Source: Podarcis erhardii
Taxonomy: Eukaryota
Assembly (NCBI GenBank): GCA_964252035.1
Contig: OZ176205.1
Direction: 5' to 3' (one strand)
Length of the DNA stretch: 64,000 nt
Shown here: one piece after another, positions 25,126 to 37,628 of the stretch
Layout: each line of letters begins with the position of its first letter
Numbering within the stretch: position 1 is the first letter of the stretch
Position numbers and translations under genes: made by a program
Notes under the pieces: model-generated
The model's input: the letters and a program-made list of their open reading frames with translations, nothing else
What the model was told of the DNA's origin: nothing
Databases searched by the model: none

Positions 25126-26679
25126 ACTGAAACAGAAGTCACCGGACCTTTCTATATAGTGAGAAGGTGGGGAGGGGTATTACTCAGAAGGGTGGTGGGA
25201 ATGGGTGATTGGCAGATAGCTGCGATGAGCCTGTTGACGACTCTACGTGACACCACAGATTTTCTGAGGAAAATACAATCTTTAAATAATCTTCCCAACA
25301 ATACTATACTAGCTACTATGGATGTGGAATCTCTGTATACCAACATCCCACACAACGATGGTTTACAAGCTATAAGGAATACCATTTCAGATAAAACCAC
25401 AGCGGACTTTGCTACCAAACTCTGCCAATTTGTCCTTACCCACAACAACTTCAAATTCGGTGATGACCTGTTCCTTCAGATCAGCGGCACAGCAATGGGC
25501 ACCCGCATGGCCCCACAGTATGCCAACATCTTCATGGCGGATTTAGAACAACGTTTCCTAAACTCCTACCCACTCAAACCTCTCTTGTACCTGCGATACA
25601 TTGATGATATTTTTATCATCTGGACACATGGTCAACAGACCCTGGACACCTTCCACCAGAAATTCAATGATTTTCACCCCACCATCAACCTAACAATGAA
25701 TCAATCTATGCAAGAAATACATTTTTTGGACACTACTATAAAAATACAGGATGGGCGCATAGACACCACCTTATACCGTAAACCAACTGACCGACAAACA
25801 TATCTACATGCCTCTAGCTACCATCCCAAACATACCAAACAGTCCATTGTATATAGCCAGGCACTACGTTACAGCCGCATCTGCTCCAATTCTACAGACA
25901 GAGACTCTCACCTAAGAGATCTACAGCAAACCTTTTTAAAACTAAAATACCCAGCAGATGAAGTTAGACAACAGATCAACAGAGCCAGACTGATACCCAG
26001 AGAGAACTTGCTGCAAGACAGACCCAAAAAAGAAAATAACAGAACACCTCTAGTCATCACATACAGCTCCCAAGTTAAAACAGTACAACGCATCATCAGA
26101 GATCTACAACCTCTCCTGGACAATGACAGTTCTCTTTCTCAAGCTCTGGGAGGAAGACCTTTCATTGCCTACAGACAGCCACCCAGTCTTAAACAACTCC
26201 TAACCCACAATAATACTACAACCAGACCTAACACGGACACTGGCACCAGAGCCTGCAATAAACCCAGATGCCAACTTTGCTGCCACATACACCCGGACAA
26301 CACCATTACTGGCCCCAACAACATCACACATACCATCTCGGGACTATTTAATTGCTCATCGTCTAACATTGTGTATGCCATAAAATGCCAACAGTGTCCT
26401 TCAGCTCTCTATATTGGACAAACAGGCCAGACCTTACGCCAAAGAATAAACGGACATAAATCCGACATCAGGAACCACAAGACAGAAAAACCAGTAGGAG
26501 AACACTTCAATCTCCCAGGACATTCTATACAAGATCTCAAAGTAGCTGTTCTATTACAAAGGAATTTCAGAAATAGACTGGAAAGAGAAGCTGCTGAATT
26601 GCAACTTATCACCAAACTTAAAACTATGGAGAGACCTGGTTTGAACAAAGACATTGGATTCTTATCTCATTATACATGA
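25090..26679 (+). CDS. PLE reverse transcriptase-Zn knuckle-GIY-YIG endonuclease (N-terminally truncated; first ~52 aa derive from the inverted 3' UTR)
   Basis: RT motifs MDVESLYTNIP, GTAMGTRMAPQYANIFM and YLRYIDDIFIIW; thumb LYRKPT...HP; Cys linker CNKPRCQLC...CSS..VYAIKCQQC; YIGQT...LRQRINGH and C-terminal E...GLN. No internal stops. Confidence 0.93.
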   Translation: MSFRVHAHFFRYTETEVTGPFYIVRRWGGVLLRRVVGMGDWQIAAMSLLTTLRDTTDFLRKIQSLNNLPNNTILATMDVESLYTNIPHNDGLQAIRNTISDKTTADFATKLCQFVLTHNNFKFGDDLFLQISGTAMGTRMAPQYANIFMADLEQRFLNSYPLKPLLYLRYIDDIFIIWTHGQQTLDTFHQKFNDFHPTINLTMNQSMQEIHFLDTTIKIQDGRIDTTLYRKPTDRQTYLHASSYHPKHTKQSIVYSQALRYSRICSNSTDRDSHLRDLQQTFLKLKYPADEVRQQINRARLIPRENLLQDRPKKENNRTPLVITYSSQVKTVQRIIRDLQPLLDNDSSLSQALGGRPFIAYRQPPSLKQLLTHNNTTTRPNTDTGTRACNKPRCQLCCHIHPDNTITGPNNITHTISGLFNCSSSNIVYAIKCQQCPSALYIGQTGQTLRQRINGHKSDIRNHKTEKPVGEHFNLPGHSIQDLKVAVLLQRNFRNRLEREAAELQLITKLKTMERPGLNKDIGFLSHYT

Positions 26680-26859
26680 CAAAGCCATTTTTCACCTTCT
26701 CACCCCTTGCTTTTTCCTGTTAGACCTATTGCAGTCGTTAAGAGTCGTCAACAGGCTCATCGCAGCTATCTGCCAATCACCCATTCCCACCACCCTTCTG
26801 AGTAATACCCCTCCCCACCTTCTCACTATATAGAAAGGTCCGGTGACTTCTGTTTCAGT

Positions 26860-26897
26860 GTATCTGAAGAAGTGTGCATGCACACGAAAGCTCATAC
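26860..26897 (+). ncRNA. Minimal type I hammerhead ribozyme motif (PLE-associated)
   Basis: GTAT (stem I) - CTGAAGA core - A - GTGTGCATGCACAC (stem II hairpin) - GAAA - palindromic AGCT (stem III) - C cleavage site at 26893 - ATAC (stem I). Confidence 0.8.
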
Positions 26898-27457
26898 CTA
26901 GAACTAACTCAGTTGGTCTTTAAGGTGCTACTGGAAGGAATTTTTTTATATTGCCATTTAAGATTTGTTTTAGGAATGCATGTTTAGCAAAACACATTGA
27001 TTTCCCTGTTTGGGTATTCAGAAACTCAGCAAGAGGAACAACAAACAGTTAAACCTACGTTCAGGTTCACCACTTCCTTCTTATGTGTCTCTTGAAATTA
27101 CATAATGTCTGCTTTTTCCCCCTTTTTGAAAAGAAACATTGTATTTCATAGTGGCTGCGTTATATCCCAATATAACAATTGTAAGCGATATGTAGGGTAG
27201 GACCCAAAGAGATACTTTAGGCATGCCCAACATGGTTTAGGTACAGTACATCCAGTGAGCTGTTTGGAATTTGCATTTGAGAGTATGCCCCTACATCCTG
27301 CATCACAAATGACCTTCCTGAGATACAAAAATAGTTGACTATGCAGCATAGGCAGCTGTTGATTGAATAACACAAGCCCCTGTAGGCACATGAAACTAGT
27401 CATGCAGTTTTTTCAAACTGACCAGTGGTGCCTTCCTGATGCTGGATTACAAATTCC

Positions 27458-27590
27458 CAGTGGCGTAGCGTGGGGGGTGCAGGGGGGGCCGGCCGCACCG
27501 GGCGCAACATCTGGGGGCGCAAATCCACGGGTTAGGGGGCGCAAATTACATGCCTTGCCCCAGGTGCTGACAACCCACGCTACGCCACTG
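27458..27590. mobile_element. 133-bp hAT MITE
   Basis: Perfect 17-bp TIR cagtggcgtagcgtggg and exact 8-bp TSD caaattcc (27450-27457, 27591-27598). Confidence 0.92.
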
Positions 27591-30554
27591 CAAATTCCTC
27601 TCTATTGGCCATGCTGACGGAAGATGATGGGAGTTGGAGTCCAACGACATTTTGAGAGTACATTGGCTACACCTGCCATAGTTAGTGGAACCTAATCTAC
27701 TCCTTTATGAATTATATCCTTGGGAGGGGGGGCGACCTTCTATCTTACTACTACATAAGTTTCCCAGTGATCTCACATCCACGTTTCTGACCTGTTCCAC
27801 AGCTACTTAGGTGCAGTAATGCTGCAACATCTGGTACTCTCAAGCCTCCTCCATTAATTATTTGTTGTATGCTAAATCCACTCTACCCTTGCCACTTTAC
27901 CTACAATGCAGCTAAAACGAACTCACATTCTGGTTTATTTTCACTTATATGTCTTATTAACAACTTCTCACAAAATTATAGTTAAGTCAATGGGTAGTAT
28001 AAAAGGAACTATTTCATTGTGGTGCCTCAACTTGATCTGCCTACCCTTGAAGGGGCTCCCCAAATGTTCTTCTCGGTTTGTTGTAAGATGGAAAAGACCC
28101 AAATTGAGGGGCAAAAGAGAGTACAGGTTTCCAATATTATCTTGTGTTTCCAACACAAGAGTCTGGATGCTATTTCCAGCATGGGATCTGATACTGTTTA
28201 AATCAACTGGAACTCTCATAAGACATTCATTCACTTTCCATTACATTCATACAGACAGACAGATAAGTTTAGAAGAGTTGATAATGGTATGATAGAACCA
28301 TCACTGCTTGTGGTGTATACATTCCTTTTGTCTTGCTATCATCTCTGGTCAAACATGTTTTGCAGCTTTTTGCAGCACTTGAAAGAGTGACAACTGCCCA
28401 AATGAGCTGTCTTTGCTGCAGATGTTTCTCAGTTAGGCAAGCAAGGTTACCAGAAGCTAGGTGGGCATACACATCTATAAACAAGTTGTATAATAATCAA
28501 TTATTATAACTGTGTGCTGTCATAATTAACAACAGCCTTTCTCTCTGATCCTTTTCTATGAACATATTTTAATAATATGTCCAAGCACATGATTTAACAA
28601 AATAAGGATTTAGAAGCAGTGGTTGTTACACAAATGCTGTTTCAGTTTTGTACATGTCAGCTTCTTCTACACAGCAGTGCTGAGTTAAAGGTACCACACT
28701 GGGCACAGTGCTAAGATTTGCCAGTTTAGATTTTGACTTTTTCTGCCCAAATACTATTTTGACTTGAACAGGACTTTCCTGTTCTGATGTATATGCTATG
28801 TTTGTATCCACCCATGTGCATGATTGTCAGGAATTCAGGTCTTTACCCACTAACCCATATAGTACTAAGATCTGCAAAAAAATAATTCTCTTATGTGGAG
28901 CCTAAACACCAACTGGCACATGTACAATGAGCTGATCAGTAACATTTTCATGCAATATGACAAGCTGTCGCTGCGTAGGGAGCAACATAAAGCAATTGGC
29001 TCTTCTGATTTACTGCCACTTCTCTCAAAACTGAATACACAGCAAGACTTTCATTACACCATGTTTTCTATTCAAACACCTCCACAGGTTTTGCAGAGCC
29101 ATTCTGCATCCAAAAAAATGTACCAGTGGGGATGCATAAAATACAAAATATGTCTGGGTCTGTATTTTGACTATTTCTAAGAAACATGCTTTAACCGATT
29201 AAAATGATAAATAGAAGAGGAGGGGTGGGGAATAAACCACTATGCTATTTAAATCCAACATTTCATGCCCTAGTGATTTTATAGGCTTTATTCTTCAAGC
29301 TATCCTTCAATTTTCCTGGATTTTCTCATTTTTCCAAAGGAAATAAACTTTAAGTATAACAAGACAGATGTGTTGTAAATAACAGTGACTATTATTATGA
29401 AATAGACACCTCCTGCCAGCTGTAATTTCTTTCTCCAGGCATAGTATATACTATGATCAGAAACAGGGTAGTGCTGACACGTGAGTATCCCTAGAAAATA
29501 TTCCAGAGGCAAAATGCTTTGAATGCAGAATACATACCACATGACCACAATGGTAGTTTGAAGCCAATTTGTCTATATATACTTCTCTGTCAACAGCAAG
29601 GAACCTAGCTTAGCCTCCTACCATTACATTTGCTTTACTGGCACAACCATGCTGTTGAATTCCACATCATGACAGGTAACATGTGAGGATCAACTATCAA
29701 CCAGATCACTGGTGGTTGCTTCCCACAGCCCAGCCAAAGTGTGCTCCTCTCATAGGAAGTAACCACATGATTGTGCAACCCAAGTGAGTGGCCCTTGAAT
29801 ATTCTGCTACTTAACTTGACCACAAGAAAGTGTATTTGAGATGCTACAATAGAAGAGCCAAAGAGGGTCCTATTATTTTATTTGTCCCTATCAGCCCCTG
29901 TATCAGAAATACAGAAGGCTCTGTCTCAACCAGTCGTGGAAGTATGAGCCAGGGTCGCACCATCAACATCCACATTCATTTAAGACAACTAGTGTTCTGC
30001 TATGACGTTCAACCTATCGGAAAGAAAATGGAAAGACTATAGAATGAGGTGGAGAGCAGGAACAGGAAGATGCCACAGAAGAACTGAGAGCAATATTGTG
30101 GCATCCTAGACTACTAATAGCCATTGCATTTCTTAGCTAAGTCAACACTGCCAAATATTTATTAATGGTGTCCTCACATGCAGTTTGTTATTCTCACAAA
30201 TTAATGTCTACATGATGCTGAGAAATCTAAACAATCAGCAGCATTCTCCTTACTCACTTTTAGAAACCAATAGGACTCAAAATGTTGATTAAGTGGCAAG
30301 AAAATATACCGATAAAGATTGTTAGTAAATGCTGCACTAACACAGTGGAAACAATGGTGTGTGTCAATGGCAAAATATACAAAAAGACCTTAAGCCAACA
30401 CCACTACTACAGAAGGGAGTCCCCAGCACTTACAACCATTGTGTGCAACAACTTTGTTAAGTTACATCATTGTACCTGCTCAGGAAAAGTTTCTTTTAGT
30501 TGGTGCCTAAGTCTCCCCGCGGACTTCTTTTAGTTGGTGCCTAAGTCTCCCCGC

Positions 30555-30909
30555 GGACACGGGTGGCGCTGTGATCTAAACCACTGAGCCGATAGGAAAG
30601 TTGGCAGTTTGAATCCCCGCGACAGGGTGAGCTCCCATTGTTCAGTCCCAGCTCCTGCCAACCTAGTAGTTTGAAAGCATGTCAAAGTGCAAGTAGATAA
30701 ATAGGTACCGCTCCAGCAGGAAGGTAAATGGCATTTCCGTGCGCTGCTCTGGTTTCGCCAGAAGTGGCTTAGTCATGCTAGCCACATGACCCGAAAAAAA
30801 CTGCAGACAAACGTTGGCTCCCTCGGCCAGTAAAGCGAGATGAGCGCCACAGCCCCAGAGTCGTTTGTGACTGGACTTAACTGTCAGGGGTCCTTTACCT
30901 TTACCTTTT
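30555..30909 (+). mobile_element. Sauria SINE, full length
   Basis: tRNA-like head (gggtggcgctgtg A box, gtttgaatcc B box), gtgcaagtagataaataggtacc body and (accttt)n tail; 13-bp TSD taagtc(t/a)ccccgc. Confidence 0.9.
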
Positions 30910-32377
30910 TAAGTCACCCCGCACATCCATCCCAACTCTGTCTTGTTGATTCAAGGACCAAGTACACAGTCTGGCTAGCCAGATGGACTACAAAGGGGTA
31001 AATGCTGTAGGAATCAAGTCTGTAAACTATATTTAGCTCACCTTAAAGCAATATTTAGAGCACAGTTCCTGTCTATGGTACAGAACATATGGGGTCCTAT
31101 GCCCATCAATGCACAAGAAATCATTGCTTCATCTTTAAGAGTTGTTTTGGCAGCAGGATGGGTCTTTTGGAAAGCCTGTGCCAAAATAATCGTCCTTTGT
31201 GGAGGAGCAGTGAACACATTTGAGGACTTGTTACATTACAAATTAAAAGGGAAGCTTGGTTTTTTTAAAAAAATCACATTCAGCACAGTACAGCTGGCTG
31301 GCATGGATATTGGATGGCGTGGATGGTAGAGACAAAAATGAAAGCATCAAAGGATAGGAAGCAAGGCCAAACTTATACTCCACAGCTCAAGCAAACAATA
31401 AAAGTATTCATAGGAAATAGTTTGCTTTAATTTGAAAATGCACAGAAAAGCAGGGTTGTCCCTGTTGTGGGCACGTTAAGGATCGTTTTAAGAAATTGCA
31501 TTAATTTACAAAGCTGCTAGGCATACTATTACTTCAGTAATGCAGCAGATCCATCATGAACAACCACTTCCTTTCTAAAACAGATTTAATGTTAGCTCAC
31601 CTCCAGTCAGGCAGCTCAAGATTGGGAGAAATGGCCTGTGCCGAAGCATCTAGGCTACATTTTCAAAAAGAACTCTTGGATATATGTTTTAAAAGCAGAT
31701 CAAAGCACACTGTGATTACCATCTGTCACAGAAAGATAGATGTATGTTAGTAATGTGATGTATTTGTTGTTATATTCTGTACTGGGACATTATAGTTCAA
31801 CCACCAAAAGTCATGGCCAAAACTAGCTATGAAACCTGCTGCCAATAAGTCAGGACCAAGGGATATGGAAGTTTGATATTTAGTAGGTTGGGGGGGGAGA
31901 GAGAGAATCCTTCATCTGTCTCTGCAGTCCACAGACAGATGTTATGGTATTTCTACCCTTTACAATTATTGTTAACTGACTGTTCTTCATCAATGTTATT
32001 ATTTGGTATATTCTTGCATCTGAGATATAGCAATTGCTATACACAGTTTTCAAACCAATGAAATGCAGGTTTACAATGTCTCATATAAAAGAGGATCATG
32101 GGGAAGGATCTCATGTATCACCAGCATATCCATCACAAGCCACACCCTCCACACAAGCAAGGTGAGACAATGGTGCTGTATCAGTTCATACTAAAAGGAT
32201 TGCCCTACGACCATGATAGAATTTCGGTTGCAAAACAGTAACACCACCTGGAGTACTGATATTAGCAGTAGACCATGACATCATAACTAATTGGACGCTC
32301 TTTCTCATATGAAAAACTAAATTAAACACACACACAAACACACACAAGGTAAGGAAGCATTAGGTCTTGTTAACTAC

Positions 32378-32381
<4 letters not shown>

Positions 32382-32418
<37 letters not shown>
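32382..32418. repeat. (TA)n microsatellite
   Basis: Read directly. Confidence 0.95.
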
Positions 32419-32421
<3 letters not shown>

Positions 32422-33321
32422 AAACAAACTTTAAATAATGGTTGTGACAGCACGTCAGAGCAGCATAGATTCCACTCAGTTTTCAGTGAAATAAATGAAG
32501 GGACCGTGGGAACCGTATAACTTCTACATCCTCAAAGGTCCAGGGCATGGAGAGTATTGGACTTAATTCAAATCCCAGCTCAATGTGACTGGGTAGCCTT
32601 GGGCTTGTCATAATCTCTCCAGGATTTCAAGTGTGGATAAAATGGGTTATAAAAGCTCTTTGAACATAAAATGGAATTAATAAAATGATAAATAAGGCTG
32701 TAGAGATTTGATGGGATACCCACACGTAGGGTACTTGTGTCTAGTCACAGAAAGCCAGGTAAGAAAGCAACAGACAAAATATGTTGCTAAACTTGGGAAT
32801 GAAAAACTGATGGCTAGTTCTAGTGGGGCAGAAGAGGTGGAGATTAAATATTAATTAAATTAAAAGATGAACACTGAATTAATGTAATGCCTTTTGTATA
32901 TACAGTGTCTAGTGATATATATATGATTCACCTGACTCACAAAAATATTTTTTGGCCAGTTAAATGTGAGAGTTATGGCAATATCTACACTACAAACTTA
33001 AAACTCTTTGCCAGTCTGTTCCTCTTTCCTGGGAATACTAGTGCATTCAGCACCTGCTAAAAATGTTTTTGTTTGTACAAGCATATTCAGACATGTTGAA
33101 TGTTGACATGCGTTTTAATCTGGTTTTTAACTTATCAATGATTTTAATTAATTTGTTTATGTTTTAAATGCTGTCTTTCACCGAAATCTTGTTTTATTCT
33201 TTTTGTAAGCCACTTTGAGGTTTTATTACAATCAAGAAGTATATAAATCTTATGAAACAAAATTAATATATAGTTAAATAACCAGGAAAACTAATGAAAA
33301 ATTTCCCATGTCTGCATATAG

Positions 33322-33486
33322 CCTTATTGTCCAACGCATTTTTGGACCACTATGGTCCTTCATCAGGGAAATTCATATATATAAAAGTTCAATATACATG
33401 GTACAGTATATAATAGTACAAGGGAGTACATGGCACTTCTGTGTATCTGAATTTCCTTGATGAAAGTGGATCAGTCCAAAATGTTT
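33322..33486. mobile_element. Old PLE-derived remnant with two divergent decayed hammerhead-like motifs
   Basis: Minus strand: tgaatttccCTGATGAaGGACCatagtGGTCCaaaaatgcgtt. Plus strand: tgaatttcctTGATGAaagtggatcagtccaaaatgttt. Confidence 0.5.
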
Positions 33487-35759
33487 CCCCTCGCTGTGCT
33501 TTTTGTTTCATTTTCTAAGCAGATTGGATGCAAAATCACATTTCATTATAAATTTAATAGCAGGTGGGGGGAGGATTGAACTAGACACAATGCTAAAAGT
33601 GTCATTGGATTCCAACCTGAGTATCAGGTATGTGGGGGAGGGGTAAGAGGTGAGCTTTAACCCTTCCTTCCCCAGCTGTTCCACCCTATAGCTTACTGAA
33701 ATTAATGAGTAAGTTAATTGTAACAAGTCATGTTGATTGTGAAGGAAATGAAGTGGAACTAACTCATTTTGGATTGAGGCCACTGTTTTTAAGACTGCGG
33801 CCATAAAAAGACAAAAGCTTTCAAAGAAAAATTATGGGCAAAAAAACAGATTCTGCCTCAAACCTGTGCCCTCAAAGGCCAGTCACTTTTTTTTTTTTTG
33901 AAACTATTTTTCAATGTAAGTGGTTGGCACTTATGCCCTTCCTTGCTTCCTGCTGATTTTCCTCTGCAGGCAGTGTTTAATTTTTAGAAAAAGGTATGCC
34001 AGGGCTCCGAGATCTGTCTAAAAACATCATCCCCTGATGCAAAGACCTGGTTGTGTGGTGGTGGTTCTGTACACTGTGAAACACAAATGGCTACTTCACA
34101 ACACCTTTGCACACACTGCTTATAGTAGCAGTTCCAAGAAACATAACTTCATCCCATTCTTGCAGTCATGACTACAAAAGGATTTGAGATAAATTTCAGC
34201 ATGAATCCAACATATTATTTAGTGTTTGCTACATTAATGGAAAAATGCTTCTTCTCAGACCTGTACTAATTGGACACTCACAGGATGAGCTGCAGAGCTA
34301 AGAGCCAAAGTTGCAATCCCTGCTTACATGTAAATATTAGCATCAAGAGCAATTAGGCACATGGTTGTTCGAACTCTCTACCACTAACCAAAGAGGAAGC
34401 AGGGAAGTGGTGGCCTACACAGGGCAAAACCCTATGGTATGAAATGTACAGAGTACAGAGTACACAATGATAAACTGTGCATTACTCCCGCACTACTTGC
34501 AACCTTTTGCCCTCCAGTTGCCGCCAACCTACACTCCATTATCCTGGGGAGTTGTAGTTCAGCAACATTTGGAGTGTCAAAACTTCCCCACCCCTGGCCT
34601 ACAATATAGCCCATCCCACCCAGCCACACCATCCTAGTCCGTATACCCATTCTGCTAATACGCCATGGTTCTTAAACATTTAGCCGAAGACCATTATGAA
34701 ATAGTATAAAAGTGGGGGCGTGTCCTAAAATAAAACAACTAATATCTGAACGGATTATGCTGTAGAAGGGGGTTGTATGAGCTTATTAACACTGGAAGTA
34801 GCTAATGGATAACAAGAAATAGATGGTATTCTTTCTTCAAGCAATTATAGTGTAATATAAGGCTCTCTAACTTCTTCCTGCCTGGTCCTTTGGGCCCATG
34901 AACAAGTCAACATAAGAAATAAAATTAAGTGTTTCACTTATACAGCTTTGAAGCAGACCTTCTTTACTACCGATGAAATACTGCTCAACTCATTAAATGC
35001 TAAAATCTCTTTTATAGTTTCAAATATCATGTTACCGCTCTGCTAATGCTCTATTTTGGGGCTAAGCTTCTAACTATTACAATTTAGCACAATTTCAAAT
35101 GGACAGTTGGCTTTGATAAGTTCGCAGCATGTTATGAAAAGGGTTCCCCTGATCTGCAGCAGTACCTGCAGAAGGGGGGAAATTGTGGGGTGAAGGAAGA
35201 TAGCTTTTGCACTGCTGGAAAACCTGGTTCATTAGTTTCAAGAAAAGTTTTACCTAATTAATGATTAGTAGGATTTGTCCTAAAGTATTTCTTTTCTTCC
35301 CGAAGTGAACAAAGAAAAAGAAAGACTTGTTACCTTAAAACAGTGTGTTCCTTGGCCGGGGGGGGGGGGGGGACAGTTCCTTGATGTCAATTTTTCTTCT
35401 TACCCTGTCATACTCCTACCCCTCCAGTGTGAAACCACAGGGGAAACAGAGTCCTAGCTTCCTGTTTTAGAGGAATTGCATTAGTATACAGACCCTAAGG
35501 CAACAAGTTAATGAAAAATGAAGATTTTATAAAAGTGTTGGCAGCCTTATAAAGTATGTGCCTGAAGTCCTTGTGTATGCAAGAGTGTGTACACAAACTT
35601 GGCTAACTTTAAAAAGAACATTTGACATAGTATGACCTTTACATTATTAACAATCACATTTCTTAAAGTGCAGAAAGGTGAAAAAATAGATAGACGAAAA
35701 GACATTTTGGGGGGAATTTAATTTTTTTATAAACAAAACTCTGAATCTGGACTCCCAAC

Positions 35760-37320
35760 TCTTCATAAAATTATTTGAATAAAATAAAATGCCAAAATTT
35801 AACCAGACTCACCAGGAATCATTTTATAAAAAGTTTTCAGAACATATCTCACATTTTCTTCTGAAATTGTTTCTTGACATACGGAATAGAGGCCAAATTC
35901 CTGAAACCTGGAGTACCTCTGTTATGACAGCTATACCCAAACCACAGAAAGATCTTGAGCAAGTTGAATCCTATAGCCCTAATTCACTAATTAACGTGGT
36001 TGCTAAATTATTTACAGGCATAGTGATCAGCAGACTTTCAAAAATTTTACCCAACTTTGTCCACCATGACCAAGTCAGATTCATAAAATAAATATTCACA
36101 GCCTTCCCTTTTAGAAGGGTTCTCAATACAATTTTATTTTTAGTCAATCATATTCAGAACCTACTGTTCTCCTGATGCTGAACACAGTCAAGGCAACTGA
36201 TCATTTAAACTAGCAATATCTACAAGTCTACATTCCTTTGGTATTAGCACACCCTGGCTTGATATGCTTTATAATTTAGATTACGTGGCACTGGCCCAAG
36301 TTTTGGTAAATGAGGAATGCTGTTCAATATTTCCCATTGGCCAGGGCATGAAACAGGGCTGCTCACTGACTCTCCTGCCTTTTGCCCTGGCCATGGAACC
36401 CCTAAGCTTTGGCACTGAAAGAGGATGATGACGTGAAAGGTTTTGAATTATTTGAAAGAACTAATCTTATCAATATGTTTGCTATTCTTTTCTGATCCTG
36501 AAACATGCTCTTATGCACCAACTTGCTATATATGGCAAAGTATCTGTGTCCATTGTTAATGTCACCAGAAGTGAGTTGATGTGTGTTTACACACCCTGCC
36601 AAACCTACAACTGCACTGGCACAAAACAACTGGCCTGAAATTCTGTAATACCTACTATAAATAACTGGGAGTGAGTATACCTAAGAATCTATCTAAACTA
36701 GAAAAATTGAACTTTACTCCCTTGATAAAATATCGAATAACTAACTCAATAATTGGTCAAAGCTAACATACTAATGGTTGGACAGCCTTTCTATAACAAA
36801 TGATGTCATTACCACACCTTCTCTACGTATTCCAAGTCTTACTAATAGGCACACCCATCTCTCATGCTGATAATTGGCAAAAAAATCTACTAAATTTTAT
36901 TCATGCAAATAAGAGACCTTGGCTATCTCATAAAACCCTACGTAGGATCAAATGCACAATACACAATATCCTTTTGATTTTACAGGGCTCAGACCAGGTC
37001 CCATGGTTAAACATGGAGTATAGAGGTCAATACATTATGTGTTCACTCCCATATCAGAAAATGGACAAGAATAAACTAAAAGACATTAACTCCTTCTAAA
37101 ATCAATTTAACCATATGGAAAGAATGGAGACTGAAACTTTTATCATTTGATTCCTTTTCAATCCCAATAACACAACACTCTTCCTTTTGCACAGCCTAAG
37201 GCACGATGGTAGCATAAATCTTGTTACTTCATATAATTTAGCTACTGACATATATTTTAAACAGCTTAGAATATATTGTAGAAAAATATACTTTCTTATA
37301 TTTCTGTACCAAAATTGCCA
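35760..37320 (+). mobile_element. Degenerate L1-clade LINE ORF2 (RT) fragment
   Basis: FYKKF...IPKPQKD...SY.P.SLINV.AKLF..I...RL..ILP..VHHDQ..FIK, then GMKQGC...ALAMEPL and SLPHLLYVFQ; many stops and frameshifts; boundaries approximate. Confidence 0.85.
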
Positions 37321-37368
37321 CCTTGGCTTGTCAGTGGAGAACAAGCTGCTGCTGAATAAATGAACATG

Positions 37369-37628
37369 CAGGGGCGGAGGCAGGGAGGTGCGGTGGGTGT
37401 GGACCGCCCCGGGTGTCACCACTGAGGGGGGTGACAAAATGTTGGGAAGGACTCACTGCAGGGCCTGCAGTGAACCCGAACCACGGGTCTCTCCTGGGAG
37501 AGACGCAATGGCTTGAGCATGCACAGGCTCCGCACTGCCCAAACGGTCCGCCCACTGCCTCCTCCCCAGCTGTACGGCAGCTGAGTGGGAGGAGCAGGCA
37601 AACTCTGGAGGCCCCACGGTGCGTCCTG
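37369..37628. mobile_element. GC-rich hAT-like MITE fragment
   Basis: caggggcggagg start and ccgccccgggtgtcaccactgaggggggtgac palindrome; no TSD found. Confidence 0.4.

Larger units (their letters stand above)
24993..26949 (+). mobile_element. Young Penelope-like element (Neptune-type), 5'-truncated, with inverted 5' copy of its 3' end
   Basis: 13-bp TSD attgccatttaag (24980-24992 and 26950-26962); perfect inverted repeat 25036-25244 vs 26741-26949; RT-GIY-YIG ORF. Confidence 0.95.

Noticed and set aside
26692-26895. 67-aa ORF identical to the N-terminus of the 529-aa ORF
   Set aside because: A by-product of the inverted repeat, being the antisense of the PLE 3' UTR.
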